Assembly (NCBI GenBank): GCA_964016885.1
Contig: OZ024757.1
Coordinates: forward strand, 6,138,001 to 6,202,000
Origin: Eledone cirrhosa
Taxonomy: Eukaryota
Reading direction: 5' to 3'
Length of the DNA stretch: 64,000 nucleotides
The position numbers and the translations under genes were made by a program. The notes below the pieces were generated by a model, which saw only the letters and a list, made by a program, of their open reading frames with translations, searched no databases and had not been told where the DNA came from. Below, one piece after another: positions 42,992 to 56,400 of this stretch (its first letter is position 1; every line of letters starts with the position of its first letter).

Positions 42992-44345
42992 CTTGCAAGG
43001 GTGGGACGGGTCTTATTCAGCACAGCATCTCTCCACTTGTCACGGTCCTTCGTCATCTCCACCGTGAGTTTCAGCAATCTGAGGTCTGTTCTCACCACCT
43101 CCGCCCATGTTTTTCGTGGTCTACCTCTAATACGTCTTCCTTCAACTGGCATTTCCTGGCACTTCTTCACCCATCAGTCTCCCTCCATGCGCATTACATG
43201 TCCATACCACCTCAGTCTCCTCTCCCGTACACTACATCCTATCTCTCTCAGACACAGTTACTCTCTCAACACATCTCTGCTGGGTCGTTCACACACATTG
43301 ACATTGCACATTCAACGGAGCATGCTTGCTCATTTCTCTCCAGCCGTCGCATATCCTCTGCAGTTGCTGCCCATGTCTCACTGCCATGCAGCATTGCGCT
43401 CCTCACACGGGCATCATATAATCGGCCTTTCGTACGCAGGAAAAAACCTTTCCTTGACAGCAGCTCCCTAAACTTCTTCCAACCCGTCCTTATTCTAGAT
43501 AATATGGTCTCGGAACAGCCCCCCCCCCTCCCATGCTAATCTGATCTCCTAGGTACCGGAAGCTATCCACCACTTCTATAGCACCCACCTGCATTTGAAA
43601 AATGTGTCTATCACTGTCTACGTATTTCTCCCTACCTGTTAGTTTGCCTGCTAACCCGCTACATCTCTTGTGTACCCAGGATCTGCATTGTGTGCATTTC
43701 ATAGAATTTATGCTAGTTCCTTTTCTGCATATCGAACATGGCCATTTCCCTGACGGAATCAGAGTTTTGTCCGCTTTTCTACTCATCAACACTTTTCTCT
43801 TAGCTAGGTTCACCCTCAGTCCTCTTGCTTCCAACTGCTCTTTCCATAGCCAGAATTTATTCTCTAGTTCCTATTCTGATTCTGCTATAAGAACCAGATC
43901 GCCAGCATAGAGAGGTTCCCATGGACAGCCAGTCTTAAACTTCTCTGTTATGGCTTGGAGGACTATAATGAACAAGAGTGGGCTGAGGACCGAACCTTGA
44001 TGTACTCCTACTTGTATCTGGAATTCCTCACTAAACTCCATTCCTACCCTGTCTTTACTGACAGCACCTCTGTACAAAGTTTGCACTGTCCTCACAAGCC
44101 ATTCCTCAACACCTAGTTTCCTTAGGGACCATCAGGTGACAGATCTGGGTACCCTATCAGAAGCCTTCTCTAGGTCAACAAAGGCTCAGTATAGAGTAGA
44201 GTGGCTTATTCATCTCTAAGAACCTCTCTTGTAATTGTCTCACCAAGAAGTGGGCATCTGTTGTACTTTTCCCAGGCACAAAACCAAACTGCATCTCATC
44301 TAGTTTAACCCTTTCATAACCTGATTACCACTTTCATAACCTGAT
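42992..44345 (-). mobile_element. RTE LINE 3' part, inverted relative to 41880-42991
   Basis: Starts DQVMKVVIR at ~44345, then HQGSVLSPLLF, YAGDL, FRYLG, GRPRKTW. Confidence 0.85.
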
Positions 44346-44373
44346 CCACATATATATATACATATATATATAC

Positions 44374-44432
<59 letters not shown>

Positions 44433-44457
44433 TATATACATATATATATATATATAT

Positions 44458-45722
44458 GTCTAAGACTAAAGTCCTAGTTTGTAGAAAGGAAAATAGGGCA
44501 CAGGTACCCCCAGGGAAATGGCCATGCTCAGTGTGTAGGAAAGGAGTAGGCAGAAATTCCATTTTATGTCCCAAATGCAATGTATGGGTACATAAAAGAT
44601 GTAGTGGGATCACAGGTAAACTATCTAAGAACGTAGACTTTATATGTGGCCGATGCTCAGGTGCAATAAGTAGCAAGTGTCCACAGGATACTAGCTCCTT
44701 CTATTGCCCAGATGGTTCTATAGAAATAGTAGACACTTTCCGTTACCTGGGTGACGAAATCAGCAGTGGTGGAGGGTGCTCTGAAAGTACAATAGCCAGA
44801 GTCAGAACGGGATGGAAAGAGTTCAGAGAGCTAATACTGCTGTTGGCCGCTAAAGGTTTCTCTCTAAAAATGAAAGGCAGATTGTATGATGCCTGCATAC
44901 GAACAGCACTGTTGCATGCAGTGAGACCTGGGCATTGTGTGAAGAGGACCTGCGTAGACTGGAAAGGGACGAAGCATGCATGCTCCGTTGGATGTGTAAT
45001 AGTAATATACGTGAACGGCAAAGCATAAATGAACTAAGTCAGAAATAAGGAAAAAGAGGGATCAGATGCTGTTTACTCGAGAGAAGACTACGTTGGTATG
45101 ACCACGTGATGCGCATGCAAGACGACAGCTGCATAAAAAAGTGCAGGGCGATCAAAATTGATGGTAGTTACGGAGTAGGTAGACCCACAAAAACCTGGGA
45201 CGATCTGATAAATTCCGACCTCACACACTTACACCTCTCAAAGACAATGTCACTGGACCGAGATCCTTGACGCTACGCAGTAATACAGAAGACCCGCCTT
45301 CCCTATGTACACAGTGAAACCTACAGTCAGTAGGCACCTCATAACCAAATATACACCCCAATCCACTACCCCTACCCTATCCTCCCACTACCACCAACAC
45401 CACCCTCTCTCTATAAAGTTGGTACCACAACATCCAGTCCAAATAAATGAGATAATGAGATCGAGATCGTGTAGGTATCCTAAAAAAAACACACAGTCCA
45501 CGCTGTAATGTGGTTGTGTAGGTAACACGGTAAAAAGTTCCCAGTTCCACACTGTAAATGTGGTTGGTGTTAGGAAGGGCACCCAGCCATAGAAAACCTG
45601 CCAGATAGTCCTATATGAGCGAGACACGGTCACCCGACCAACCTTGCCTCAAGTGGGACAACTCCCGTCTAATCCATGCTAGCGTGGAAAATGGATGTTA
45701 AACGAAGATGATGATGATGATA
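44458..45722 (+). mobile_element. RTE LINE 3' part (PHD insert to tail)
   Basis: Very similar to 14272-15522, including the 3' UTR. Confidence 0.88.
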
Positions 45723-45801
45723 CATACACATATATATATATATATATATACATATATATACATATATATATACATATACATTTGTATATATATACATATA
45801 T

Positions 45802-46602
45802 ACATGGCTTGTATAGCTCTCATAAGCGTTTCAACTACACCTAGTTTTCTAAGAGCCCACCAGATAATGGAGCGGAGGTCTCTGTCAAAGGCTTTCTCCA
45901 GGTCTACAAAAGCTAAGTAGAGGGGTTTACTTTTAGCTAGGTACTTCTCCTGTAGTTGCCGTACAAGGAAAATAGTGTCTGTGGTACTTTTACCCGACAC
46001 AAACTCAAACTGCATTTCATCTAGATCAATTCGCTCTCTGAAACCTTGATGACCTGGTCAACTAACTTAATGCCTATATAGGTTCCCCTATCTAGAGCAT
46101 CCCCTTTACAGTTAATGACTGCTACACCAGTCCTTTGGTATGACCCCATTCTGTATTACTTGGTTTACTATCTGGGTGACCATAGTGTGTCCCACCATAC
46201 CAGATGCCTTCAACATCTCAGCAACTATCTCCGAAGGCCCAGCTGCCTTGCCTGTCTTCATATCTTTGATTGCCTTACTTACTATACTACCTTTAACTTG
46301 CACCGCTGGTCCTTCTATTGGATCGATTTGGGGCAGACTATCTTTTACCCAGTTATTCTCCTCATTTAGTAGCCTCTCGTAGTGACACTTCCAAGCTATC
46401 TTCTTATCAGTATCAGTGAGGCTAAGTACACCATTATCATTACAGACTCACTTCTCCCCGACAATATCACGATTTTCCTTGACACTTTGCCTAGCAATCC
46501 TGAGCACCTCACGTTTTTGGTCCTCTTGTTGTAGAAAATGCTTGATCTTTCTATCCTCTGCTTCCCCCTTTGCAAGGTACACTTGTCTCCTAGCTTCTCT
46601 CC
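45802..46602 (-). mobile_element. RTE LINE middle part (RT start), opposite orientation
   Basis: KAAGPSEIVAEMLK, FVDLEKAFD; homologous to 13180-14005. Confidence 0.85.
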
Positions 46603-46609
46603 ATAAAAG

Positions 46610-47078
46610 AACTAGAGAATAAGTGACCCTACTGCATATGTAGGAAAGGAGTAGGCATAAACTGTACACAATGATAGCTTCTTGCTATCTAGGTGGAGAG
46701 AAATGGAGCAACCATGCTTCGTTGGATGTGCAACGTAAATGTGAGAGGAAGGCAGAGCTTGGATAAATTGAGGAAGAATTTGGACTTCAGAGGAAACCTA
46801 AGTGGTGTGCAAGAAAGAAGAATGCTTTTGTAGGGATATGTGATATCCATGGATGGTGATCACTGGTTAAAGAAGTGCCAGGTAATATCAAAGGAGGGAA
46901 ACGATAGTAGAGGTAGACCAAGGAAGACCAGGATAGATGTGGTGAGAGCTGATCTCAAATTGCTGAGACTCAAAGAGGAGATAACGAAGGAACAAGCGAG
47001 TGGGGAGATGTTGTGCTTAAAAGAGCCCATCCAACTCATGCCAGGAGTGAAAAACGGGCGTAAAATTATGATGATGTA
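46610..47078 (+). mobile_element. RTE LINE 3' fragment
   Basis: MLRWMC, GRPRKT..VVRADL, ATGATGATG tail. Confidence 0.7.
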
Positions 47079-47140
47079 GATCAAGTAAATTATATCAAAA
47101 TAGATTTAGACTAAAACGAACAAAACTTCCCTGAAAAAAC

Positions 47141-47459
47141 AACAAGGTACAGCTAAATATAAACTATATTTTATAATGTAAGGTAGTGAACCACATAATT
47201 AAATAGACGGAGGTAATTTAAATGATAAATATATCTTTAATTTACTTAAAGCAACAACAAGGTACAGTTAAATATAAACTATATTTTATAATGTAAGGTA
47301 GTGAACCACATAATTAAATAGACGGAGGTAATTTAGATAATAAATATATCTTTAATTTACTTAAAGCAATAACAAGGTACAGCTAAATATAAAATATATT
47401 TTATAATGTAAGGTAGTGAACGACATAATTAAATAGACGGAGGTATTTAAATAATAAAG
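47141..47459. repeat. 115-bp tandem repeat, about 2.8 copies
   Basis: AACAAGGTACAG starts at 47141, 47256 and 47371. Confidence 0.9.
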
Positions 47460-48392
47460 ACAGTCATGATAACAATATATTTTATATCACATGAAACAGT
47501 GGAATCTGGTTAATTACCGTATCGTTGTAGGGTTCACATAATTATATTATTTACACACATTAATATAGACATTAAGTAAATCTTTGTCAACTTACCTCCT
47601 TCACATATAATCAATGTGTTGTGTTGTTACTAAACAACCAAAGAAATAATCTCTTTGTTATCAAATTAGAAGTTTCAATGTTATCAGCTTTATTTCACGA
47701 CATTAACGTTGGTGTATCTTCTTCATCTTTAGTCATAAATTGATATCTTGTCAGAATGAAGTAGTGAGGCTGACTTTATGTCTTTAGCTACAGATTTGAT
47801 AGGAAATATATATATATTAGGTTGATATGTGGTCTAAAATATATATATTGTCTATAAATGACTGATAGCAGATGTTCTGGTGAAATAGTAGTTTTACTAC
47901 TACAGATTGTAATGGAACTCTTAGTAGACACAATTGTAAAGTAAGAATAGATATGACAGTGTAAGACTGATGTCGGGGAATTAAAATTATATATATATAT
48001 ATAATTGTTACACAAGATATAATTAGATTAATTAAAGTTATAATTGTTTCTACTTTAGGCACTGAAGATAGCAGGTACTCGGTGTCGTTGGTAATGTTTC
48101 AACTGTCGTACCGGTGTCACACATTAAAAGTCCCTGATATAATTTAATACCTTCAGACACAGTTCCAACCGTATTTAATTGATTGTAAATCAGAAAGTAT
48201 CACTCAATAAAATATCAATTATATATCAATAAGAAAACCTCTATGTAGTCTCTCTAACTGCTAGAAATAGCAGCGATATTATCCAATACAACTGTTCTCT
48301 CTCTATATATATATTTATATATATACACTAAAACATATATATGTACGTATGTATATAAATGTGTATACAACTCTTATGTGTATGTATATGTA

Positions 48393-48870
48393 TAAACAAC
48401 TATTTTATGGAGAGTTAGTTAAAGGAAAACGACCTCCACATAAACCAAAGAAGAGATATAAGGATTCCTTGAAAGCCTCTTTGAAAGACGCTAACATCTC
48501 TGCTGATACAGGGGAGAAATGTTGCTGCTGATCGTAATGTTGGATGTGAGGAAGGGCATTACCGTTGCATTTGCAGCCTCTGTGCGAGATTTTGCCTCAG
48601 CAAAGCTGGACTCGAAAGTCATCTCCGCAGTCACAAAGTAAGACCAGTGGTTGACTACCAGGCTGTGGTTGGAGATGCTACTCATCATGCCTGACAAGCA
48701 CGTGGTAGAGAATGTAACTCAGCAGGAAGGCTCAAACGACATGCAAAAGTACATCAACTCCAGCCACAGCCGGCTATTCCCAGTGAATGTTTTGGTTGCC
48801 AACTCTGTGCAAGACATTTTAGATCATTGGCTGGGCTAAAAAGCCACATTCGATCGCAGCACTGTTAGTT
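48393..48870 (+). mobile_element. RTE (BovB-like) LINE 3' end
   Basis: KQLFYGELVKGKRPPHKPKKRYKDSLK and terminal CQLCARHFRSLAGLKSHIRS. Confidence 0.7.
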
Positions 48871-50010
48871 GCTTATCACACGTGTATGTGTGTGTGTGTA
48901 GATATATATATATATATATATATATACGTGTGTTTCATGGTAGCTATGGTGCTTCCATAGGCGGTATGACAAAATTAGCACTCAATGTTCATACAGAGCT
49001 AGTGTGAATAGTATAAAAAAACGAAAAATTAGTGATGTATCTAGACTCTGTTTATAGCGTGTTTCAATTGTTTCACCGACAGGTAGCTCGAGACATGATC
49101 ATTGTATGGATCTGGCTGATTCTACGGCTACAGGTCCTTCGGACACATGGACATCTTTCGGAGAAAATTTTCTCACTGGGGTGTCCCCATCAAAATACAT
49201 CTTCCACTCTTGTTGCCATTGTCTGTTGTTTTTCTACGTCTTCATAAATTCTGGTCAGTATTTACTGCTACACAGGCCAGCAGCCATTCTCCATCCGACA
49301 CACTTCAATGGAGCCATGCTGTGTTTGGTATCTCACACGTCTGTTCACACTCGCGAGCATGTACACACACATACACCTGCATGCATACACACATGTACGC
49401 ACAGATGTGTAGGCACACACATCTCCGTACAAATATATACCCACACACACACACACCCTCTCTTACACATACCCAAGCACACCCAAACCTACACCACCAC
49501 AGGTCTACTGGCGCCTGCCTCCACGGCTCTCACATCCTGACTCATACGCACGCACAAGCGCAGACACACACGTACACACATGCAAGGGCACATATCGGCG
49601 TACGGGCACATCTGCACATATATACACAAGCACTCACAGACACACACATGGACACACATACGTACATACATGCATATTCTTATGGGTAGGCAACAAAGAC
49701 AGACACACTTCTAAAGATATAAGTACAGATACACACACAGAGATACAGACCTGTACACATATCTACACACAGGTACATGTACCCGCATATAAACAAACCC
49801 TGTCCTATGCGGGTGTGCGTACGCACACACACACTGACATATAGATACATCATGTATATATGTGTGTGTGTACACACACACACATATATAAACATATACA
49901 TATGTGTATACATACACACATACACATACATACTTATAGACACATATGTCTATATGTGTACACACAGATACATATATATATTATTATTGTTGTTGTTGTC
50001 ATTATTATTA

Positions 50011-50205
50011 GGGCGGTGGATTGGCAGTATTGGTAGAGGGTCGGATGCCATGCTTTGACGCATAGAGTTACGGCCCTTGCTATTCTGAGTTCAAATCCCG
50101 CCGAGGTTAACTTTGCCTTTCATCCTTACGGGGTTGATAAAATAAAGTATCAGTAATGCACTGAGCTAATTGCTGGCCTTGTGCCAAAAGTAGAAACAAT
50201 TATTA
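50011..50205 (+). mobile_element. tRNA-derived SINE (family A)
   Basis: Full-length match to 30407-30588. Confidence 0.85.
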
Positions 50206-51284
50206 TTGTTGTTTTCTTCTCGTGCAATGGCCACACTCGATAACGAGGGGGCAGCCATCATATATGGGTATGTATGAGTGTGTCTGTGTGTTTACACGTA
50301 CGTATGGTGTGTATATATGTACATAGGGTTTTGGTATATGTACGTTTGGTGAACATGTGTATTTACCTGTAGGTATGTGTGAGTGTGCGTTCTATACGCA
50401 TTTATGCGTGTATATTTATATGTGTATATATAATTATATGTATACACACACACATATATTTATATGTGTATTTGGTGTATATGTTCGTACGTGTGCGGGT
50501 ATATGTGACGCGCCGGTTTACGTCTGTGTGCGCGTGTTTATGTGTACGTGCATGTATATACATGCATGGTGTGTGTTTTCGCATATACACCTGTATAAAT
50601 GTGTGTATGTATATATTTAATTATTACTTTTATGATTTTAATAACCTCTGTCATTTTCGTTCAACTAATTTATTTACATTATTCTGAACTCCGAAGCCGA
50701 GAATCATTAAGTTTCCTAAATAGTATATTAGTCTACGACGCCATTTATACCATAAACGTTGTTTTGTCTTTACGTGTAATTGTTCTCTATGGTCCACATA
50801 ACGACGTATTATCTTCGCTTTTTTCCATTCATTGCCAGGAAACGTCTTCACGAATCAAAGCATAAATTATTTTCATATATATATAATATTATAAAGCTGA
50901 GTGTCGTGTGTATTATGTATGTATCCTACACACCTCCCTATAGTTTGTTAGCTTTACTCTCTCCGTCGTTCTTCCCTCTCTCTATAATAGACCATTCCCC
51001 CTCTCTATAATTTAACTGCTTTACTCTCTCTGTCGCTCTTCGCTCTCAAATATTATAAAGCTGAGCGTCGTCTCTCTCTCCCTCTTTCACCCTCTCTATA
51101 ATTTAACTGCGTTACTCTCTGTCTCTCTTCACTCTCTATATGACAACACTCTTTTACTTTCCGTAGAGATGAGCGTCGTATGCACTATATATAATGTCCA
51201 GAGGAATGGCTGAAACAGCTTGACACCAGCATTTATCATATATATATATGCACTATACATACTATGTATACACTATATATATAT

Positions 51285-51445
51285 CATCATCATCATCACC
51301 ATCATCGGTTAACATCTATCTTCCATGGGTTACACAGGTCCTATTTTGAGGCAAGTTGTGTCAGGTGACCGTGACAGCTCATATAGGGGTGTTTCTGTCT
51401 GGTTTTCTATGGCTGGATGCCCTTCCTAATACCAACCACATTGAC
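51285..51445 (-). mobile_element. RTE-type 3' tail
   Basis: (CAT)n followed by GGCTGGATGCCCTTCCTAATACCAACCAC. Confidence 0.7.
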
Positions 51446-51449
51446 AATA

Positions 51450-52650
51450 AGGTGCCTGGAGTCCCTGGATGCCAGTTCCGGTGGGCAGCTGACTGGTTGC
51501 ATGTGTGGCCCGCTCACACGCCGACACCCAGTTGCACCGGACTGAACTCCTCGCCCACTTCAGGTGTTATGGACCTGCAGACCAGCTTGACAGCCAGCCC
51601 CTGGAAAACATTGCCCCCAGAGATGGGGCCTATGCCACCCTCTTTCTTCCTGAGAGTGGTCAGGCTAGCCGAAAAAGAGTCCTTGGGTGTGAGGGTCCAG
51701 GGCGCCATGGATTAGCCTATTGGTGAGTGCCACAATTGCACTCAGAAGGCAGTGCCCGGCCTCAGCGGAGAGGGGGATAGCAACACCTTGAGGTGGCTAG
51801 GCCGGATACCATCAGCACCTCCGCTGCTGCTAGCTGGGAAGGCCTTGATGGCGGACAGGATGTCTGCATTGGAAGCTACAAGGAGCAAGTGGGAATCGGG
51901 TGGGGCTATGGGTCTGAGATCAGCAAGTGGTTCAGGGTGCTTGAGTCTCAGGGCAGCCAGGACCTCCTCAGTGGGTTGGAGGACAGTGTCCTCTGAGGTA
52001 ACCACTCTGACTGCAGCCGAGACATCACCCCTGATTAATTTGACTTTTACACGCTCACGCAAACGCTTGGTGCTGGCCTCAAGGGTGGAGGATTGGGTGG
52101 AGGATTGGGGTATGTGGTGTCCTTAGGCACATTTGGAATGGGCCCTTGCCCAAACGATGAAACATTGGCCTTGACAAAGGCTGCTGTCGACTGGCTGGCT
52201 CTGACAGCACCAGAGATGGGGAGGCCGAGGTCAAGTGGGACAAATTAGATGAGTCGCACACAGTCGCTGGTTCGATTTGATTCCAGTGCACTCCTAATCG
52301 ACGAAGCAAGGACATCGGCTACCGGCACCCGTGCTGCTCTCCGGATCCTGCGTGGTATCTTCCGGCATCGCCTGAGCCGAGCGATGATGACCAGTGACGT
52401 TAGGGCATCAGGCAAGCTCACTGTCTCATCTGGTAGTGTGCTAGATGTCCGTGGCTGGGCAGACAAGGAGAAGAGACAGTTTCTCCATCTCCACTATGCG
52501 AGGTCCTGCAGGTGTCGACTGGTGGGGATAGAGGATGGGGCATGGGGCACGGAGCGGAATCAGTGGTGAGTGGCTGGCTGCCACCAGCCTCGGTGCTAGG
52601 CACAACTGTGTGGGTGGAAGGGAAAGTGCTGATAAGCGGGTCTCATAGCT
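51450..52650 (-). mobile_element. CRE-like (early-branching) non-LTR retrotransposon fragment, frameshifted
   Basis: GC-rich; RRIRRAAR, GDVSAAVRVV, LRLKHP, AIKAFPASSSGGADGIRPSHLK, ASLTTLRKKEGGIGPI, PVQLGVG match CRE-clade pre-RT and RT N-terminal motifs as I recall them. Confidence 0.7.
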
Positions 52651-53449
52651 CACCTACATCAGATATGGAGGCGTCAGAAGACAAGAGAGAAAAGAAGGGG
52701 ATGCATGGAGGGGGACACACAAGAAGGTAGAATGTTAGCAAATAAATAAATGAATGAATGGAGGAATATACAAAAAAGAAAACAGGGGGTTGTTCCCAGC
52801 GGGAAGACCCAGACTTCAGCACGCACACATGCGAGCATGTTAGCAGTTTCTCATAGAACCTTCTGGCTAAAGGTGAGTCTTTCAATCCTGAAAACATGTG
52901 TTGTTGTTATTGTCACTGATGCTGGGTTGGCTTCCTCTTGTTAATGGTCGTGTTTGCTGGTAAGATGTTGGTGGTAGTTGAAACAGCTTCCTATTCGGGC
53001 TGCCAGGCTGGTTGCTGGGGGTCGAACGCCTTCTTTAACCGAAGATGCGGGGTCGTTGTTATTGTCACTGTTTCTGTCGTTGCCTTCCTCTTGTTAATGG
53101 TAGAGATAATTGTTGGTGCTACCTATATCAGCTGTCAAGCTGGCTGCTGTATCAGCTTCTCTGAGTGACGCTCCAATGGCCTTCTTGACCAAAGATGCAG
53201 GTCAATGGCTTTTGGCATCGTTTGGCAACACAACGGCAAATAAATATATTCTCAATTTTTTTTTTCTTTCTTTCTAATCCGATTCAATATCATCAATTGG
53301 AAAGACCAATTGAAACATTGTTTCCTTGGTCCAATCTGATGAGTTCCACTCCAATTGGTAAGTAAGGTCTGAGATGTTGAGATGTGTTACAAAAAAATCA
53401 CTAAAATCAAGATACTGGGTTGGTATAACTACCTGGTTTGTATTGGTCT

Positions 53450-54470
53450 GTTGTGGTATGTGGTGTGTTGTGTAGTATGTGTTGTGGTGTGGTGTGTTGT
53501 GGTGTGGTATGTGGTGTGGTGTGTTGTGGTGTGGTATGGTGTGTTGTGGTGTGGTATGTGTTGTCCTGTGGTGTGGTGCGGTATGTGGGGTGTTGTGGTG
53601 TGGTGTGTTGTTGTGTGGTGTGGTGTGGTATGATATGTGGGGTGTTGTGGTGTGTTGTGGTATGATGTGTGGTGTGGTATGTGGTGTGGTATTATATGTG
53701 GGGTGGTATGTGGTGTCTTGTGGTGTGGTGTGGTATGTGTTGTGTGATGTGGTGTGATATGTGGTGATGTGATGTGATATGGTGTGGTGTGTTTTGTGGT
53801 GTGTGGTATGTCGTGGTGAGGTATGATGTGTGGTGGTATGGTATGTGGTGTGGTGGTGTTGTATGTGGTGTGGTGTGTTATGGTATGTGGTATGTGGTGT
53901 GGTGTGTTGTGGTGTTGTATGTGGTGTGGTGTGGTGTGTTGTGGTATGTGGTGTGGTGTGTTGTGGTGTGGTATGGTGTGTTGTGGTGTGGTATGTGTTG
54001 TCCTGTGGTATGGTGCGGTATGTGGGGTGTTGTGGTGTGGTATATGGGGTGTTGTGGTGTGGTATATGGTGTGGTGTGTTGTTGTGTGGTGTGGTATGAT
54101 ATGTGGGGTGTTGTGGTGTGTTGTGGTATGATGTGTGGTGTGGTATGATATGTGGGGTGTTGTGGTGTGGTATGATGTGTGGTGTGGTGTGGTATGATGT
54201 GTGGTGTGGTGTGGTATGTGGTGTCTTGTGGTGTGGTATGTGTTGTGTGATGTGGTGTGATATGTGGTGATGTGATGTGATATGGTGTGGTGTGTTTTGT
54301 GGTGTGGTATGTCGTGGTGAGGTATGATGTGTGGTGTGGTGTGTGGTGGTATGGTATGTGGTGTGGTGGTGTTGTATGTGTTGTGGTGTGGTATGTGGTG
54401 TGTAGTATGGTGTGGTATGTGGTGTGGTGTGTGTGTGCACAGGGTGATGTGTTGTTGTGTGTGTGTAGTG
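53450..54470. repeat. (GTGGT/TGTGG)n compound microsatellite with internal higher-order duplication
   Basis: Pentamer-based G/T-rich strand; marker motifs GTCCTGTGG, GTCTTGTGG and GTCGTGGTGAGG each occur twice in the same order. Confidence 0.9.
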
Positions 54471-54914
54471 TAAAGAGGAAATTTTACACACATAGGACCT
54501 ACAAGGGGTGTGTGAGGACTCTACCCCTACAACCCTCTCAGAAATAAATGGCTGAAGAAAAAGAAAAGAAAGTTGTAAAGTATTTTCAAATGTGAATTAT
54601 TTTTTTAAAAAGTCAAAATTTCAACTGTCATGAAAGTACCATCCAACAAATATTAAAGTTATGCAATTGTTTTTATTTACACATGTGGATATTTTGTCAT
54701 AAATATAAATATAAACCAGTTAAGGTTTACAAAAGAAACACATATAAACACATCAATGTTTTTTTTTTTAAATGATGTAGTCATAGGGGTGTCACTGGAC
54801 ATTTGAAGCTTGGTGGAGCCCTTCACTCTCCAGGTTTGAACAGTTGATTTCTTCCAGAGAAGGAGAGAGAATAAGAGGGAGGAAGTGAGATAGAAATATA
54901 GAGAGGAAGAACAG

Positions 54915-55282
54915 ACCCCAGTGAAAGATTTGTATTGTTTTTTATCAACCTTGAATGGATGAAAGAAAGTTGACCTCAGCAGGATTTAAACTCAGAGAGC
55001 AGAGAACCAGGATAAATATGGCAGAAAACATTCTATCCATTGTTTTATAGACTTTAAATAAATGTTTCTACTTTTGACTCAAGGCCAGCAATTTGAAGAG
55101 AAAGGGGAATGCCAATTAAATCATCCCCAGTGCATTACTGTTACTGTTTTTTTATCAACCTTGAATGGATGAAAGTCAAAGTTGACCATGGCATGATTTA
55201 AACCCAGAACATAAAGGACTGTAACTTTATGACACAATGCATATCATCTGACACTCTACTGATTCTGCAAATCCACCACCCT
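54915..55282 (-). mobile_element. Two diverged family-A SINE copies
   Basis: TTTTATCAACCTTGAATGGATGAAAG..AAAGTTGACC occurs twice, with tRNA-head remnants. Confidence 0.6.
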
Positions 55283-55451
55283 CAACAATGAAATGAGATT
55301 GTGTCTCTGTAATAGCCCTTAATGACAAATAATATGAAGGGGTACTTTCTACAGGGTGTATTTGTTAATTACAATACAAAACCTCTGAGAATGATTTCCA
55401 ACGTATTTCACCATAATAAATGTTCATCAATATATATTAATATTATTATTA

Positions 55452-55893
55452 TTTTCTGCTAGCATGTGTAGTGTGTATATTGATATTATACGCAGGTATA
55501 TACACATGTAGATATGATACATCAAATAAAATGGTAATTGACAATATATAATACATAGAAATGGAACGAAGACTGCGTTACACTGTCTTATTTAATCAGT
55601 AACGTAATCCATGATACATTAAAAAAGACGATATTATATATAAACTGCATTAGGAGAAAATGAATGTTTATTTAAGCGATGGCTAACCGGAAGTGTTGAC
55701 ATTTCAGAAATTTTAAAGAAGTGAATCTTTAAATAAACAAAATATATTTAATCAACATCCACGAAATTTAGTAGATAAATTATGTAATATTCATTCATTA
55801 TTTATTCAAAGTAATGCAACTTATTTTACTAATGGGATAAAAAATTATAAACCGTACACAGTCCCGCGCTCCTTACTTTATTATAGTTTAGAT
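55452..55893. repeat. Direct repeat copy 1 flanking the ZNF at 56401-57432
   Basis: Matches 58468-59128 once the SINE there is removed. Confidence 0.85.
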
Positions 55894-56400
55894 TTGTTAG
55901 GTCAGGTGGATTGGCCAGAACAATTCTACTCTTCTTTTTTAGATGTCACGATCTTCCATGGCATTCCTGAGATCATTAATCTCCAGCTGGACATCCTGAG
56001 ACATCTGATCTATGTAGGTCAATCTCATTCATCCCACTAGGGTCTTATAATGTTTAGGTATCCACCACAATAGCCAGCTCATCCTACCCCCAGCAGCAAT
56101 GTTCAACATATCTTGTCCTCCGCTCCCTTGTTATTGTGGTAATCTTTGATATATGTCAGTATATTTCATCGCTGTGAGTAATGTATTAAAAACTAAAAAT
56201 AATAATATATATATATATACACACACACACAACATATATGTTGAGATGTATAAGATTTCTCAAGCTTCACATTTTATATTCTGCCTTCCAAAGTGTGTCT
56301 GAATATTTGTGTTTTTCATATTTCACAGTGATGGGGTTTACCGCAAGTGTTGACTACGTAGGTGAACTACCAGTGACGAATTCTCAGTGAAATATTTACC

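Noticed and set aside
53274-54493. 405-aa and 354-aa His/Thr/Pro-rich ORFs
   Set aside because: Products of the (ACCAC)n repeat, open in several frames on both strands.
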